NCBI GenBank assembly: GCA_902776565.1
Contig: CACYQN010000008.1
Span: 89,526-153,525 of the forward strand
Reading direction: 5' to 3'
From: an uncultured Bacteroidia bacterium
Lineage (GTDB): Bacteria; Bacteroidota; Bacteroidia; Bacteroidales; ML635J-15
Length of the DNA stretch: 64,000 nt
The position numbers were made by a program, and so were the translations under genes. Every line of letters begins with the position of its first letter. The first letter of the stretch is position 1. Below are positions 1 through 10,492 of the stretch, one piece after another. The notes beneath the pieces are model-generated. The model saw nothing but the letters and a program-made list of their open reading frames with translations. It searched no databases and was not told the DNA's origin.

Positions 1-489
1 TGGGAAATGGTCGGCAAGGCGTTTTACGAAGAATAAAGATGCTGCGAAAGTTGCAAAAACGGGAATGTCGTCGAGGTTGAACATCGAATGTCCGAAAATT
101 ACTGGCGAAAGTCCGAGTAACAGCATTGTGAAGCTTGCCGTGCGCCAGTTGCGGCAGCGTTTTGCAAGCAGGGCGGCGAAAAGTATTCCCACAAAGCCGA
201 ATATTGCGTTAGTGGCATGGCGTACACTGCGGATTTCAAATTTTGCAAACACATCGGACAGCGTGACTGTGAGCGCGTTGAACCATCCGCTATACATCGG
301 TCGGGTGTTTTCGAGTATGCTGGTGTCGTTGCCGAAACTTTTGTAGTAGCGGTCGAGCTGGATGGCGTTGTTTATCTGGTATTCGTCTTCGGCGGTGCTG
401 CTACCGTAGTCGCTGACGAGCGAAAACATTGTCGCTGCAATTGCTATTGCAATGATTATGAATATTATCCTATGGAATTTTTCGTTCAT
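1..489 (-). CDS. Polytopic membrane protein, N-terminal 163 codons (gene runs off the left edge); possibly GT-C (ArnT/PMT-like) glycosyltransferase
   Basis: Hand translation of the minus strand from ATG 489-487 is stop-free to nt 1 (MNEKFHRIIFIIIAIAIAATMF...RLADHFP). It shows an N-terminal TM helix, a loop with EDEY and further hydrophobic helices. It is missing from the ORF track only because it is open-ended. The family call is a guess. Confidence 0.6.
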   Translation of the reverse strand, partial: MNEKFHRIIFIIIAIAIAATMFSLVSDYGSSTAEDEYQINNAIQLDRYYKSFGNDTSILENTRPMYSGWFNALTVTLSDVFAKFEIRSVRHATNAIFGFVGILFAALLAKRCRNWRTASFTMLLLGLSPVIFGHSMFNLDDIPVFATFAASLFFVKRLADHFP

Positions 490-513
490 TTCGTATGTGT
501 TTCAAAAGTGGTG

Positions 514-521
514 CAAAGATA
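514..521 (-). promoter_or_regulatory. Bacteroidota-type -7 box (TAnnTTTG) for the 1..489 gene
   Basis: The minus strand reads TATCTTTG about 25 nt upstream of the ATG at 489. It lies inside a 41-nt block that recurs at 35362-35402. Confidence 0.5.
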
Positions 522-627
522 GAATTAATTTACGATTTGGGATTTACGAATGTAGATTATACGATTTAATTTGGCTCTAGTTTTATAAACAACTGAAATT
601 ATTCTGATTTTTTTTGCCAACCCTTTG

Positions 628-787
628 CCGTCATTCCGTAAAGTAGAACGAACAGCATAAGGAACGTTGCTTGTGAGTTCACTTATACGGAATCTCCCAT
701 TAGTACACAAAGGAGATTCCGCATAGTCGAACATTACAACGCTCCCCGTTCCGTATCGCGTGTATGTTCTGACTTGTGGAATGACGG
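628..787 (-). repeat. Nested inverted-repeat intergenic element, copy A (~160 nt; reverse orientation relative to copy B at 34408-34578)
   Basis: Outer arms are ccgtcattccg...ggaatgacgg and inner arms are tatacggaatctcc...ggagattccgcata. It shares the blocks gctccccgttccgtatcgc and cttgtgag with copy B (as reverse complement). Confidence 0.8.
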
Positions 788-966
788 TCTCTATTTATAA
801 CTTAATGATAATCCATTTATTACGACAACTGCAAAAAAATCAGTTAAATGTCGAACTAGAGCCTTTAATTTTCAATCAGAAGCAATCCAAAATATTTTTC
901 CCTTCCACTGGCAACCTTTTTCATTTTCTTTCGTTAGGCATACAGAAACATTAAAAATTTAGTGAC

Positions 967-3900
967 ATGAAAAAGTTAGTGATGCTATTATGTGCCGTGG
1001 TAATAAGTATATTTTCATATTCGCAACAACCACCTTGTCAGGATTTTACTGTAGTGCCTGACATCAATGCGCGGTGGAACGAAGAAGAAAACCGTTACGA
1101 GGCTTGTGCCGATTCGTATATTACACTATCTGCGCATGGCGTATTTCCCAATAATGATGCCCCCAATGGTTATCATCAGTCGGACGAGAATCTTATATAT
1201 TGTTGGAGTTGGTATGCTGAGGATGGTTTTCAAGGTGCCAACAATGTCTATTCGGTTGGAACAACTTTTGCACACGGTGGATATTACATAATGCTTCAAG
1301 CTACCGACCAGAATGGATGTAGATATGTTTATCCGGAACCGATTGTTTTGGTAGTTTCTGCTCCGCCTACTTTTGAAGGAACTGCTGTCACTCCGGAGAT
1401 TTGTCCAGGCGAAGCGGCATTGCTCGACGGTCGTGTACAACCTCCCGACCCTTGGGAGATGGAAATTCCCGAGCAAATCGTTGAACAGCACTGCTTTGTT
1501 GACGAGACTGGCTATGTGCAGTCGATGTGCTTTGAGCATAACGCATTTGCGCCCGGACAGTTAATACAAAGTGCAAACGACATTGAGTCCATTGCCATTG
1601 ATATGGAGCATTCGTATCTGGGCGACCTTGAGGTATGGATTACTTGTCCTTCGGGAAATAGGCTTACGCTTTTCGACGGCTATAACGGAGGTTCCGACTT
1701 GCAGTTTCTTGGTGAGCCTATTGACGATGATTATGACCCGTGTAATCCGGGCACGCCGTACCACTATACTTGGAGCCATAATGCAACGAGCACTATTGAA
1801 CAGGTTGCAAATAATGCACCTACATATAGTTACACAGATAATGCAGGAAATCATTATTACGGAGAAGAGTACATACCTGCCGGCGACTATCGTCCCACTG
1901 GCGACTGGTCGAGTCTTGTGGGGTGCCCTGTGAATGGAGAATGGTGCATTAATATTCAAGACCATAGGCATTGGGACGACGGGGTTGTGTTTTCTGTCGA
2001 ACTGCATTTTGCCGACTATCTTATTCCTATCGAGTCGCTTATCCGGTTTCAGACCGAATTTGCTTCTTCGGATATGACTTGGGACGGAGGCAATATAATT
2101 GGCGGTGTGGCGGCAAATACGACGGCTTTGCCAAATGTTCCAGGACAGCACGAATATGTGTTTTCGGCAACTGACGATTTCGGTTGCACCTACGATACCA
2201 CTTTGGTCGTTACTGTCCGCGACTACGACGACCCGAGATGCTGCATCACGCCTTCGACCACCATCCTGACTTCGACTGGAAATGTATGTTCAAACAGGAC
2301 AAGTCTTTCGGCTCGGCCATTGGCAAACGGAAATACTGGCGAATGGTCGGTGGTGGCATATCCCAATGGCGACAATGTGAACAATTCGGTAACTTTCACC
2401 AGTCCTAATGCTCCTAATACACAAGTTGTTGTAAATGGCTGGGGTACATATACTTTCCGTTGGATCGAACATTATATGGGACTGGCAGACTGCATCGATT
2501 TCGCAGATGTTGCGATAACTTTCAACCAGCAGCCGAATGCAAACTTTACCTATACGCCAATTTCTTGCTTTGGTGGTGAAACTTCTATTGCCTACACTGG
2601 AAATATGAGTGCCGATGCCGAATTTTCGTGGAACTTCGATGGCGGTTTTGTGCAGTATGGTGCTACTCCGTTGGGTCCTCATATAGTTTCTTGGCCGGAA
2701 TCCGGTACTCATGGGGTAACGCTTCGTGTCAACAATCACGGCTGTGTTTCAAACGATACGCTTGTTTCGATTTTTGTGCCCGACAAACTTGTGATTGACT
2801 CGATTTCTGTCGTAAACGACCCCTGTTATCACAGTAACGCTGGTTCTGCCGTTGTTGCCCATCACGGTGGGACGCTTCCTGTGTCGTATTCGTGGGCTGC
2901 TCCTGGCAACGAACTTTTGAATCTCGGCGTGGGAAACTACACGCTTTCGGTAACCGATGCCAACGGCTGTGTGGCGCAAAGGTCATTTGTAGTCACCGAA
3001 CCTGCCGAACTTGTAATCCAGTCGGTTGAATCGGCCAACCTTTCGTGTTATGCTTCGCACGACGGCACAATTTCGGTGTACGCAGGTGGTGGAACCGGTG
3101 AATTGCAATATATGTGGTCTGATGTAGGTGTTGCTTCTGCCGATAGGCGGAATTTGCCTGCTGGCGAATATTCGGTGACGGTGTCCGATGTAAATGGTTG
3201 TAGCCAAAGTGCGTATGTTGCTATAACTCAACCGGAAAGGTTTCTGTTGCAACTTACATCCGACTATGCCGTGTGTGAAGGCGAACCTACTCCCGTATAT
3301 GCCAATGCCTTTGGCGGAACTTCTCCCTACCGTTATTTCTGGAATGCTGGGGACGAAACTTTTGAAGCGGGCAATGGCCTTTCTGTCGGCCTTGATGTCA
3401 CAACGCATTACTCGGTCTTTGCACGCGATGCCCACAATTGTGTCAGCGAGACACAAACTATGACCGTGACAGTAAGTCCAAAGTTGTCAATCGACAGTAT
3501 TATTTTGCAGCAAATCAAGTGTTACGGGCATTGCGACGGCAGGGCGGAACTTATGGTCAGCGGTGGTCTTGCTCCTTTGCAATATAGTTGGCCGTCAGAC
3601 AATTATGTTTACGATGGAATTTGCAGTGGCTATTATGCTGTAACCGTCACCGACCGAATTGGATGTTCGGCGATTGGCACATTTGTAATCACTCAGCCAA
3701 ACGATTTTGTGGTTTCAACTTCGGTAGAGCCCGTAACCTGCAATGCTGGCGACGATGGTCGTGCAAGGATATTCGTTTCGGGTGCAACTCCGCCATATTC
3801 ATACCTTTGGCCAGATGGAACAACTTCCGAAACACTTATCGCGTCGGCTGGTTCATATACGGTTACCGTCCTCGACGACTATGGATGCCGCTATACTGAA

Positions 3901-5229
3901 AATTTGAATATTGAGGAGCCTCTGCCAATAATGTATCTGCCGATGAATAATGTTACTATTTGTAAGGGGCAGTCGGCAACCTTGACTACGCAGGTGTCTG
4001 GCGGAACGCCGTTCTACGACTATGCTTGGTCGGGTTCCGATGGCACTCAGTATTTCGGCTCAATCTGCACGGTTTCTCCGACCACAAATTCTACTTATTC
4101 GCTGACTATTACCGATTCGCAGGGATGTTCGGTGCAGGTGCCGTCGGTTACGGTGTCAATAAATCCCGACTTGCGCATTGCATCGGTCCTTACCAATCAC
4201 GACACAGTCTGTGCTGGCGATGAGGCTCTGATTTATGTCGAGGCTGATGGCGGCAATGGAGGACCTTATACGCTTATGCTTCAGGATGGTAGGGTAGTTG
4301 CGTCGCCATTCTCGGTTCGTCCCGACACTACCACGATGTACTACATTACGCTTTCGGATATGTGCGGAACGCCGTCGGTTGCCGATTCCATTGTAATAAA
4401 TGTTTATCCGTCACCCGATGAACTATTTGTAGCAGAAGGTGTTAGCGGATGCGTTCCGCTGTCGGTTGCATTTTCTCCGTTGAAAGCAAATGGTACAAAT
4501 TACTTGTGGCGGTTTGGCGATAACGATTTTTCCGAAGATGTCACACCTGTCCATATTTACCGAAAGTCTGGCGACTTTGATGTAACAATGTCGGTTACAA
4601 ACGAATACGGCTGCCGTGTTGAGCGGACTATTCCCAATATGATTCATGCTTATCCGCATCCGAAGGCTTTGTTCGATGCTGAGGTTCAGTCGGTGTCGGC
4701 GGTTTCTGCCGAGGTGCTTTTTACAAACAGGTCGGTCGATGCGGTTAGGTATTTCTGGTTTTTTGGCGACAGCGACAGTTCAATGTTCGAAAATCCGCGT
4801 CATCTTTATCCGAGTGCTGGCGAGTACGATGTAACGCTTGTTGCCGAGAATGAGCATTATTGTACTGACACGACAACGCGTAGAATAATGGTTTACAACG
4901 AGTTCTCGTTTTATGCACCGACATCTTTCACACCCAATGGCGATGGCATAAACGACTGCTTCAGGATTTGCGGAAGCGGTATTTCGAAGAACAATTTTCT
5001 GCTTATGGTTTACGACCGCTGGGGAGAACTGATATTCAGGACTACGGAGTACGACCCCGATGCACATTGTGATGCTTGTTCCGAAGGTTCGTGGGATGGC
5101 ACCGATATGGGGAGCAAGCGCAAAGGCGACAAGGTTTTGCCAAATGGGGTTTACCAGTGGTACTGCCAGTTTGAGGATGTGTTTGGAATAGAGCACAGGG
5201 AACAGGGAACGGTGAATTTGGCAAGATAA
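967..5229 (+). CDS. Large secreted T9SS type-B cargo protein: proprotein-convertase P-domain-like module, PKD and SprB-type repeats, gliding-motility-associated C-terminal domain
   Basis: 1420-aa ORF with signal peptide MKKLVMLLCAVVISIFSYSQ. It has the P-domain-like motif HSYLGDLEVWITCPSGNRLTLFDG and repeated C(Y/N)G..(D/N)G......GG..PY.Y.W...G.Y.VTVTD..GC units. PKD-like segments are present. The C-terminus (FTPNGDGINDCF...VYDRWGELIF) is typical of TIGR04131-type CTDs. Confidence 0.85.
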   Translation: MKKLVMLLCAVVISIFSYSQQPPCQDFTVVPDINARWNEEENRYEACADSYITLSAHGVFPNNDAPNGYHQSDENLIYCWSWYAEDGFQGANNVYSVGTTFAHGGYYIMLQATDQNGCRYVYPEPIVLVVSAPPTFEGTAVTPEICPGEAALLDGRVQPPDPWEMEIPEQIVEQHCFVDETGYVQSMCFEHNAFAPGQLIQSANDIESIAIDMEHSYLGDLEVWITCPSGNRLTLFDGYNGGSDLQFLGEPIDDDYDPCNPGTPYHYTWSHNATSTIEQVANNAPTYSYTDNAGNHYYGEEYIPAGDYRPTGDWSSLVGCPVNGEWCINIQDHRHWDDGVVFSVELHFADYLIPIESLIRFQTEFASSDMTWDGGNIIGGVAANTTALPNVPGQHEYVFSATDDFGCTYDTTLVVTVRDYDDPRCCITPSTTILTSTGNVCSNRTSLSARPLANGNTGEWSVVAYPNGDNVNNSVTFTSPNAPNTQVVVNGWGTYTFRWIEHYMGLADCIDFADVAITFNQQPNANFTYTPISCFGGETSIAYTGNMSADAEFSWNFDGGFVQYGATPLGPHIVSWPESGTHGVTLRVNNHGCVSNDTLVSIFVPDKLVIDSISVVNDPCYHSNAGSAVVAHHGGTLPVSYSWAAPGNELLNLGVGNYTLSVTDANGCVAQRSFVVTEPAELVIQSVESANLSCYASHDGTISVYAGGGTGELQYMWSDVGVASADRRNLPAGEYSVTVSDVNGCSQSAYVAITQPERFLLQLTSDYAVCEGEPTPVYANAFGGTSPYRYFWNAGDETFEAGNGLSVGLDVTTHYSVFARDAHNCVSETQTMTVTVSPKLSIDSIILQQIKCYGHCDGRAELMVSGGLAPLQYSWPSDNYVYDGICSGYYAVTVTDRIGCSAIGTFVITQPNDFVVSTSVEPVTCNAGDDGRARIFVSGATPPYSYLWPDGTTSETLIASAGSYTVTVLDDYGCRYTENLNIEEPLPIMYLPMNNVTICKGQSATLTTQVSGGTPFYDYAWSGSDGTQYFGSICTVSPTTNSTYSLTITDSQGCSVQVPSVTVSINPDLRIASVLTNHDTVCAGDEALIYVEADGGNGGPYTLMLQDGRVVASPFSVRPDTTTMYYITLSDMCGTPSVADSIVINVYPSPDELFVAEGVSGCVPLSVAFSPLKANGTNYLWRFGDNDFSEDVTPVHIYRKSGDFDVTMSVTNEYGCRVERTIPNMIHAYPHPKALFDAEVQSVSAVSAEVLFTNRSVDAVRYFWFFGDSDSSMFENPRHLYPSAGEYDVTLVAENEHYCTDTTTRRIMVYNEFSFYAPTSFTPNGDGINDCFRICGSGISKNNFLLMVYDRWGELIFRTTEYDPDAHCDACSEGSWDGTDMGSKRKGDKVLPNGVYQWYCQFEDVFGIEHREQGTVNLAR

Positions 5230-5323
5230 GGCTAAAAGGCAAACAGAAGACCAGTTGGTCAGACCGCCAGATTGTAAGACTGTTAGCCTGCAAGACCGTT
5301 AGCCTGTTGGCCTGTTAGCCTTT
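5228..5323. repeat. Quasi-palindromic 'ctgttagcc' element (terminator-like long hairpin), copy 1
   Basis: aaggctaaaaggcaaacag...ctgttggcctgttagcctt lies directly after the stop codon. It is related to the elements at 58333-58396 and 58671-58741. Confidence 0.65.
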
Positions 5324-5416
5324 CTTCTTCGGCATCATTTTTGTTTTATACCTCGCATTGTTCAAAAGTTAAGTTTTTTTTATAAGTTTTAATGGCAGCC
5401 GTAAAAATATAATGAC

Positions 5417-5424
5417 TATCTTTG
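5417..5424 (+). promoter_or_regulatory. -7 box TATCTTTG upstream of the 5490 gene
   Basis: Exact TAnnTTTG match. It lies downstream of the ORF-track start (5412), which argues for the ATG at 5490. Confidence 0.45.
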
Positions 5425-5489
5425 CGAACATTTTTTATATAGGTAGAATTTTAATTAAATTAGTAACAACAAATAAATTTATTTTGAAT

Positions 5490-6176
5490 ATGAAGACTTT
5501 AGTTAAAGTATTATGCGTTGCAATGGCACTGTTGGTGTCGTTCTCGGTTAGCGCACAGAAGAAGGAAAAGACTTTCGCAGGAATTATCAAGTATGCAATT
5601 ACTTACGAAGACCTTGACCCGCAGTACAAGGGACAGGTTCCTACCGAAATGATAACATACGTTAAGGACGGCAAGTTTAGAATGGACCAGGTTTCTCCAA
5701 TGTACACTATGGGTTCGGTTGTCCTCGAAGACGGTAGCGCAATCGTTCTTATTGATGTTATGGGCCAGAAGCTTGCTACACAGCAGTCTAAGGAAGACAT
5801 CGAAAAGGCTAAGACTGAAGCAAAGGAATCGGGCGACCTGAAGGACTCGGAACCTGTAGTTGAGAAGACCGACGAAACCAAGACAATCGCTGGTTACAAG
5901 TGTACCAAGTACAATGTTACAACCGATGGCGAGACTATGGAAGTTTTCGTAACAGAAGACATCGCTATGCCGGCAAGCTACTATGAAAATTCACAGGTTA
6001 AGGGTGTAAAGGGTGTTCCGATGCAGTACACTATGAGCACTCAGGGCATGAACATGACAATGACCGCAAAGGAAGTTAAGAAGGGTGGCGTAAACAACTC
6101 GATGTTTATGATTACCGACGACTACCAGAAGCTCTCGGCAGAAGAATTTGCTAAGATGCTCGGCGGTGGCATGTAG
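5490..6176 (+). CDS. Secreted protein of unknown function (DUF4412-like guess)
   Basis: Signal peptide MKTLVKVLCVAMALLVSFSVSAQ begins at the internal ATG 5490. A strong terminator follows the ORF. The family call is weak. Confidence 0.7.
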   Translation: MKTLVKVLCVAMALLVSFSVSAQKKEKTFAGIIKYAITYEDLDPQYKGQVPTEMITYVKDGKFRMDQVSPMYTMGSVVLEDGSAIVLIDVMGQKLATQQSKEDIEKAKTEAKESGDLKDSEPVVEKTDETKTIAGYKCTKYNVTTDGETMEVFVTEDIAMPASYYENSQVKGVKGVPMQYTMSTQGMNMTMTAKEVKKGGVNNSMFMITDDYQKLSAEEFAKMLGGGM

Positions 6177-6190
6177 AAAATATTTTAATG

Positions 6191-6225
6191 CAGAAAATCC
6201 TCGTAAGGGGATTTTCTGTTTTTTT
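6191..6225 (+). terminator. Rho-independent terminator
   Basis: Hairpin cagaaaatcc-tcgtaagg-ggattttctg followed by a run of 7 T. Confidence 0.8.
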
Positions 6226-6247
6226 ACAATATGATTAAATGAAATAA

Positions 6248-8920
6248 ATGTTCGGAAAATCAAAAGGAAAGAAAAAGGGAAAGCCCGAGGACAATGCGCC
6301 AAAGGAAGATTCCAAAGCAAAAAAGCCAGACTCCAAGAAAAAAGGTAAGGATGGCGATGCTGTCGTTGACGACGAATCGAAAGTAAAGCGTTCCGACCAG
6401 ATTAAAATCTGTATCGGATTTTTGCTTTTGGCGTTTGTCATATTGATGATTGTGTCGTTCATTTCCTACTTCTTTACGTGGAAGAGCGACCAGTCGCTGT
6501 CGAACTACGGCTTCTTCGAGGCTATGTTCAACTCCGACATACAGGTCGAGAACAAGGCTGGCAAGATTGGTGCAGTTGTGGCCAACTTCTTTATCCGCGA
6601 CACATTCGGTATCGCTTCGTTCGCAATAGTGGCAATGCTGACCGTAATAAGCCTTAGGCTGTTGAGGATAAGGAAGATTCGCATATTGTCGTTCATAATA
6701 AAGAGCACGGTCATAATGCTGTGGTTCAGCCTTGCATTGGCTTCCATTTTCAAGGACAGCCTGTTTATGCTGGGCGGAAAGCACGGTTATTTTATGTTCA
6801 ATGGAATGTGCAATTTGGTGGGGGCTGTGGGGGCTTACTCCATAATAATTGTACTTGCACTGGTTATAGTTATTTTCTGCTTCGAAAATTCCGTTCTTGG
6901 CATAAAGAAGATTCTGGAGAAAATAGCGGCATTTAGAGTTAAGGACATTAAGACGAAACTCACAAACGAGGAGGATGAAATAGATAAACCCGCAGAGCCG
7001 ACGGATGGCGAAGGTGGCGATGTGGACACCATACTTCCGATTGAACATGCTGGCGAAGAAAATACCGACGAGCCGACCGAACCGGAAGAAACAGAAACTC
7101 CAACGGTTATCGACCTTTACCAGAATCCCGATGGAAAGGAGGAAGATGCTGGCGGAATTGACTTGGAAATAACTCCTGTAAATGTGGAAAATCCCGATGA
7201 GGCATCAGATTCGGAACAGCCTCAAGACGAAGAAAATCAGCCTGTTGACGAAGAACCAGCGCAAGAGGACGAAGCCAATGAGGAGGATATGAGCCTTGAG
7301 ATAAACAAACCGCAGGAGGAGGAGATTGTTGATGAGAACGACCCCGACGAATGGCTGAAGAAAGTAGGTCCTTACGACCCACGTGCAGAACTTGAGGACT
7401 ACAAGTTCCCGTCGCTCGACTTGTTGAAGACTTACGACAACGAGAACGCGCCTATCATCAATCAGGAGGAACAGCGCGAAAACGCCAACCGCATTGTCAC
7501 TACCCTTCGCAACTACGGTGTGGAGATTGACTCCATCAAGGCTACTGTGGGACCAACTGTAACTCTGTATGAGGTTGTGCCGAAGGCTGGTGTACGTATC
7601 AGCAAGATACAGAGCCTCGAGAGCGACATTATGCTTTCACTTTCCGCTGCAGGAATACGTATTATTGCCCCGATGCCCGGCAAGGGAACTGTCGGTATAG
7701 AGGTGCCTAACGAAAAGCCGCAGATGGTATCGATGCACTCGGTAATCGCTTCCAAGCGTTTTCAGGAGGAGAAAAAGATGCGTCTGCCGATTGCTTACGG
7801 CCGAACAATTACCAACGAAATCTTTATGTTCGACCTTGCCAAGACTCCTCACTTGCTTGTGGCTGGTGCTACTGGAACAGGTAAGTCCGTGGCTATCAAT
7901 GCGATTATCACATCGTTGCTGTACAAGAAACATCCTGCCGAACTAAAACTCGTGATGGTTGACCCGAAGATGGTTGAGTTCGCTCCGTACAAGCCACTTA
8001 TCCGTCATTTCCTCGCTGCACAGCCCGATACCGACCCTCAGCAGGTTGTCATTACCGACTGCGACAAGGTCATCAACACACTCAATTCGCTCGTAGTGGA
8101 GATGGAAGAACGCTACAAACTGCTGATGGACGCAGGTGTACGTAACTTGGAGGAATACAACGAAAAATTCATCAACCGCCGTCTCAATCCGCAGAAAACT
8201 GTGCCGAATACCGCTATGCACCATCAGTTTTTGCCATATATCGTCATAATAATTGACGAGTACGGTGATTTCATTATGCAGGCGGGCAAGCAGGTTGAAA
8301 CTCCTATAGCGCGAATCACGCAGAAAGCGCGTGCCGTAGGTATGCACATGATTCTTGCTACCCAGCGTCCGTCGGTAAACATCGTAACTGGTGTCATCAA
8401 GGCCAATATTCCTACTCGTATAGCACTTCGTACTCAGTCGGTTATCGATTCACGAACCGTGCTTGATGCCAAAGGTGCCGAACAGCTTATCGGTCGCGGC
8501 GACTCGCTTTATGCCGGCAATGCAAGCGTAACACGTATCCAGTGCGCATTTGTTGACACCCCCGAAGTTGATGCCATTGTTGACCATATCGAGCACCAGC
8601 AACATTATATAGGTCCGTACGAACTTCCAGAAGTCAAGACCGAAGGCGGTGAAGATGCTGGCGGTGGAGCATCCCTCGACCCAAATAACCGCGACCCTCT
8701 GTTCGAGGAGGCAGCTCGTCTTGTGTGCAGTACACAGCAGGGCTCCACATCGATGTTGCAGCGTAAGTTTGGAATAGGCTACAACAGGGCAGGACGAATT
8801 GTTGACCAGCTCGAGGCAATGGGCATTGTCGGACCGTACGAAGGCAGTAAGGCTCGTCAGGTTATGTACGACGAAACATCTTTGGAACGATATTTGGAGT
8901 CATTGCGTGAAATTAAATAG
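6248..8920 (+). CDS. ftsK: DNA translocase FtsK/SpoIIIE
   Basis: 890 aa with a Lys-rich N-terminus, 4-5 TM helices and an acidic linker. The motor domain has Walker A GATGTGKSV and IIIDEYGD. A C-terminal winged-helix gamma-like segment is present (STSMLQRKFGIGYNRAGRIVDQLE). Confidence 0.95.
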   Translation: MFGKSKGKKKGKPEDNAPKEDSKAKKPDSKKKGKDGDAVVDDESKVKRSDQIKICIGFLLLAFVILMIVSFISYFFTWKSDQSLSNYGFFEAMFNSDIQVENKAGKIGAVVANFFIRDTFGIASFAIVAMLTVISLRLLRIRKIRILSFIIKSTVIMLWFSLALASIFKDSLFMLGGKHGYFMFNGMCNLVGAVGAYSIIIVLALVIVIFCFENSVLGIKKILEKIAAFRVKDIKTKLTNEEDEIDKPAEPTDGEGGDVDTILPIEHAGEENTDEPTEPEETETPTVIDLYQNPDGKEEDAGGIDLEITPVNVENPDEASDSEQPQDEENQPVDEEPAQEDEANEEDMSLEINKPQEEEIVDENDPDEWLKKVGPYDPRAELEDYKFPSLDLLKTYDNENAPIINQEEQRENANRIVTTLRNYGVEIDSIKATVGPTVTLYEVVPKAGVRISKIQSLESDIMLSLSAAGIRIIAPMPGKGTVGIEVPNEKPQMVSMHSVIASKRFQEEKKMRLPIAYGRTITNEIFMFDLAKTPHLLVAGATGTGKSVAINAIITSLLYKKHPAELKLVMVDPKMVEFAPYKPLIRHFLAAQPDTDPQQVVITDCDKVINTLNSLVVEMEERYKLLMDAGVRNLEEYNEKFINRRLNPQKTVPNTAMHHQFLPYIVIIIDEYGDFIMQAGKQVETPIARITQKARAVGMHMILATQRPSVNIVTGVIKANIPTRIALRTQSVIDSRTVLDAKGAEQLIGRGDSLYAGNASVTRIQCAFVDTPEVDAIVDHIEHQQHYIGPYELPEVKTEGGEDAGGGASLDPNNRDPLFEEAARLVCSTQQGSTSMLQRKFGIGYNRAGRIVDQLEAMGIVGPYEGSKARQVMYDETSLERYLESLREIK

Positions 8921-8936
8921 TTGAATGTAAAAATTT

Positions 8937-9590
8937 TTGAATATGAAAAAAGTTATATTGTTGATAATCGCTTCGATAGCATCGTTAATGATGTTGGCAC
9001 AGGGTTCTGTTCCGCAGATGGAAATACTCGACCAAGTAGCAGCCAAGACCGAAAAATACGTCGGTCTGAAGATTGATTTTACTATGTATGTAGAAAATTT
9101 GCACAATGCAAAGCGCGACTCGTACAAGGGTAATGCCATTTACAAGCAGGGCCTCTATAAGATGGACATCATGGGTCAGGTAGTTTATTCCGATGGAAAG
9201 ACAAATTGGACCTATCTGAAGGATGCCGACGAAATCAATATTACTAACAACAGCGACAACGAGGCTTTCATGACAAATCCTCAGGCTATCCTCAAGGACT
9301 ACAAGTCGAAGTTCAAAGTAAACTTTATTTCTGACAAGTTCGAGAAAAACCGTGCTTTGCTTGAGTTTGACTTCTATCCGAAGCAAATCGAGAACAAGAA
9401 GTACTCGAAGATTACTATCCGCATCGACAAGACCAAGAAGCAGATTTTCTCGGTTCGTTATGTTGGCAAGGACGGCGTAAACTATCTTGTTGAAATTGAC
9501 AAGATGCTTGAAAATCCGACAATCACCGATGCCGAAGTCAAGTTCAACAAGGCATCGTATCCAAATGCCGAACTTATTGACATGCGATAG
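8937..9590 (+). CDS. lolA: LolA-like outer-membrane lipoprotein carrier protein
   Basis: Signal peptide present. Size and position immediately after ftsK match the conserved Bacteroidota pairing. Motif DGKTNWTYLKDADEINI. The start may be the ATG at 8943. Confidence 0.7.
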   Translation: MNMKKVILLIIASIASLMMLAQGSVPQMEILDQVAAKTEKYVGLKIDFTMYVENLHNAKRDSYKGNAIYKQGLYKMDIMGQVVYSDGKTNWTYLKDADEINITNNSDNEAFMTNPQAILKDYKSKFKVNFISDKFEKNRALLEFDFYPKQIENKKYSKITIRIDKTKKQIFSVRYVGKDGVNYLVEIDKMLENPTITDAEVKFNKASYPNAELIDMR

Positions 9591-9592
9591 CG

Positions 9593-10435
9593 ATGAGGTT
9601 GAATCACATAAACATCAAAGGTTCGCTTTACGACTTTTCAAATCCCCGCATTATGGGGATTTTGAATTTTACGCCCGACTCGTTCAATCCCGCAAGCCGT
9701 GTGGTTGACAACGGCGAAATCAAGGAGCGCATCGAAAAGATGTTTGCCGATGGAGCCGATATGGTTGACATAGGTGGAATGTCAACCCGTCCCGGAAGCA
9801 GAATCATTGATGCTGACGAGGAATGGAGTAGGTTGGAGCCAGCATTGGAGATAGTAGCAAAACATTTTTCCAATCGAATTTTCTCGCTCGATACTTTTCG
9901 CGCAGAGATTGCCCGCCGTGCTGTGTCCGATTATGGCATATCAATAGTAAACGACATCAGTGCTGGTGATGCCGACCCGTTGATGTTCGAAACGGTTGCA
10001 AGTCTGCACGTACCTTATATTATTATGCACGGAGCATCCAATCCGTTGACAATGCATAATGGCACGGAATACACATCTTTCCCTGGTGACATACTGAATT
10101 TCTTTTCCGAGAAAGTCAATAAGTTGCATTCATTGGGTGTTTCCGACATCATCATCGACCCGGGCTTTGGCTTTTCCAAGACCGTTGACCAGAACTACGA
10201 GCTGATGGAGCATCTTGGCGATTTCGGAATGTTTGAACAGCCTTTGCTGGTGGGTATTTCGCGCAAGTCGATGCTTTGGAAATATCTGGGTATTACTGTC
10301 GAAAATGCGCTAAACGGCACTACCGTTCTAAATACAATCGCCTTGCAAAAAGGTGCTGATATTCTTCGTGTCCACGATGTGAAGGAGGCCGTTGAGGTGG
10401 TGAAGATTTGCAATAAGTTGCGAATCATACAGTAG
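9593..10435 (+). CDS. folP: Dihydropteroate synthase
   Basis: GILNFTPDSF, DIGGMSTRPG, NDISAG, IDPGFGF.K and ILRVHDV motifs appear in the canonical order. Confidence 0.93.
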   Translation: MRLNHINIKGSLYDFSNPRIMGILNFTPDSFNPASRVVDNGEIKERIEKMFADGADMVDIGGMSTRPGSRIIDADEEWSRLEPALEIVAKHFSNRIFSLDTFRAEIARRAVSDYGISIVNDISAGDADPLMFETVASLHVPYIIMHGASNPLTMHNGTEYTSFPGDILNFFSEKVNKLHSLGVSDIIIDPGFGFSKTVDQNYELMEHLGDFGMFEQPLLVGISRKSMLWKYLGITVENALNGTTVLNTIALQKGADILRVHDVKEAVEVVKICNKLRIIQ

Positions 10436-10492
10436 AGACGTTGCGAGCAACGTCTCACAATAATCAAAAATATTCAATGTTGTTTTTATATT

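Noticed and set aside
10435-10456. Hairpin gagacgttgc-ga-gcaacgtctc right after the folP stop, as a terminator
   Set aside because: It has a good stem but no U-tract on either strand. It may still function between convergent genes, but the evidence is insufficient to call it.
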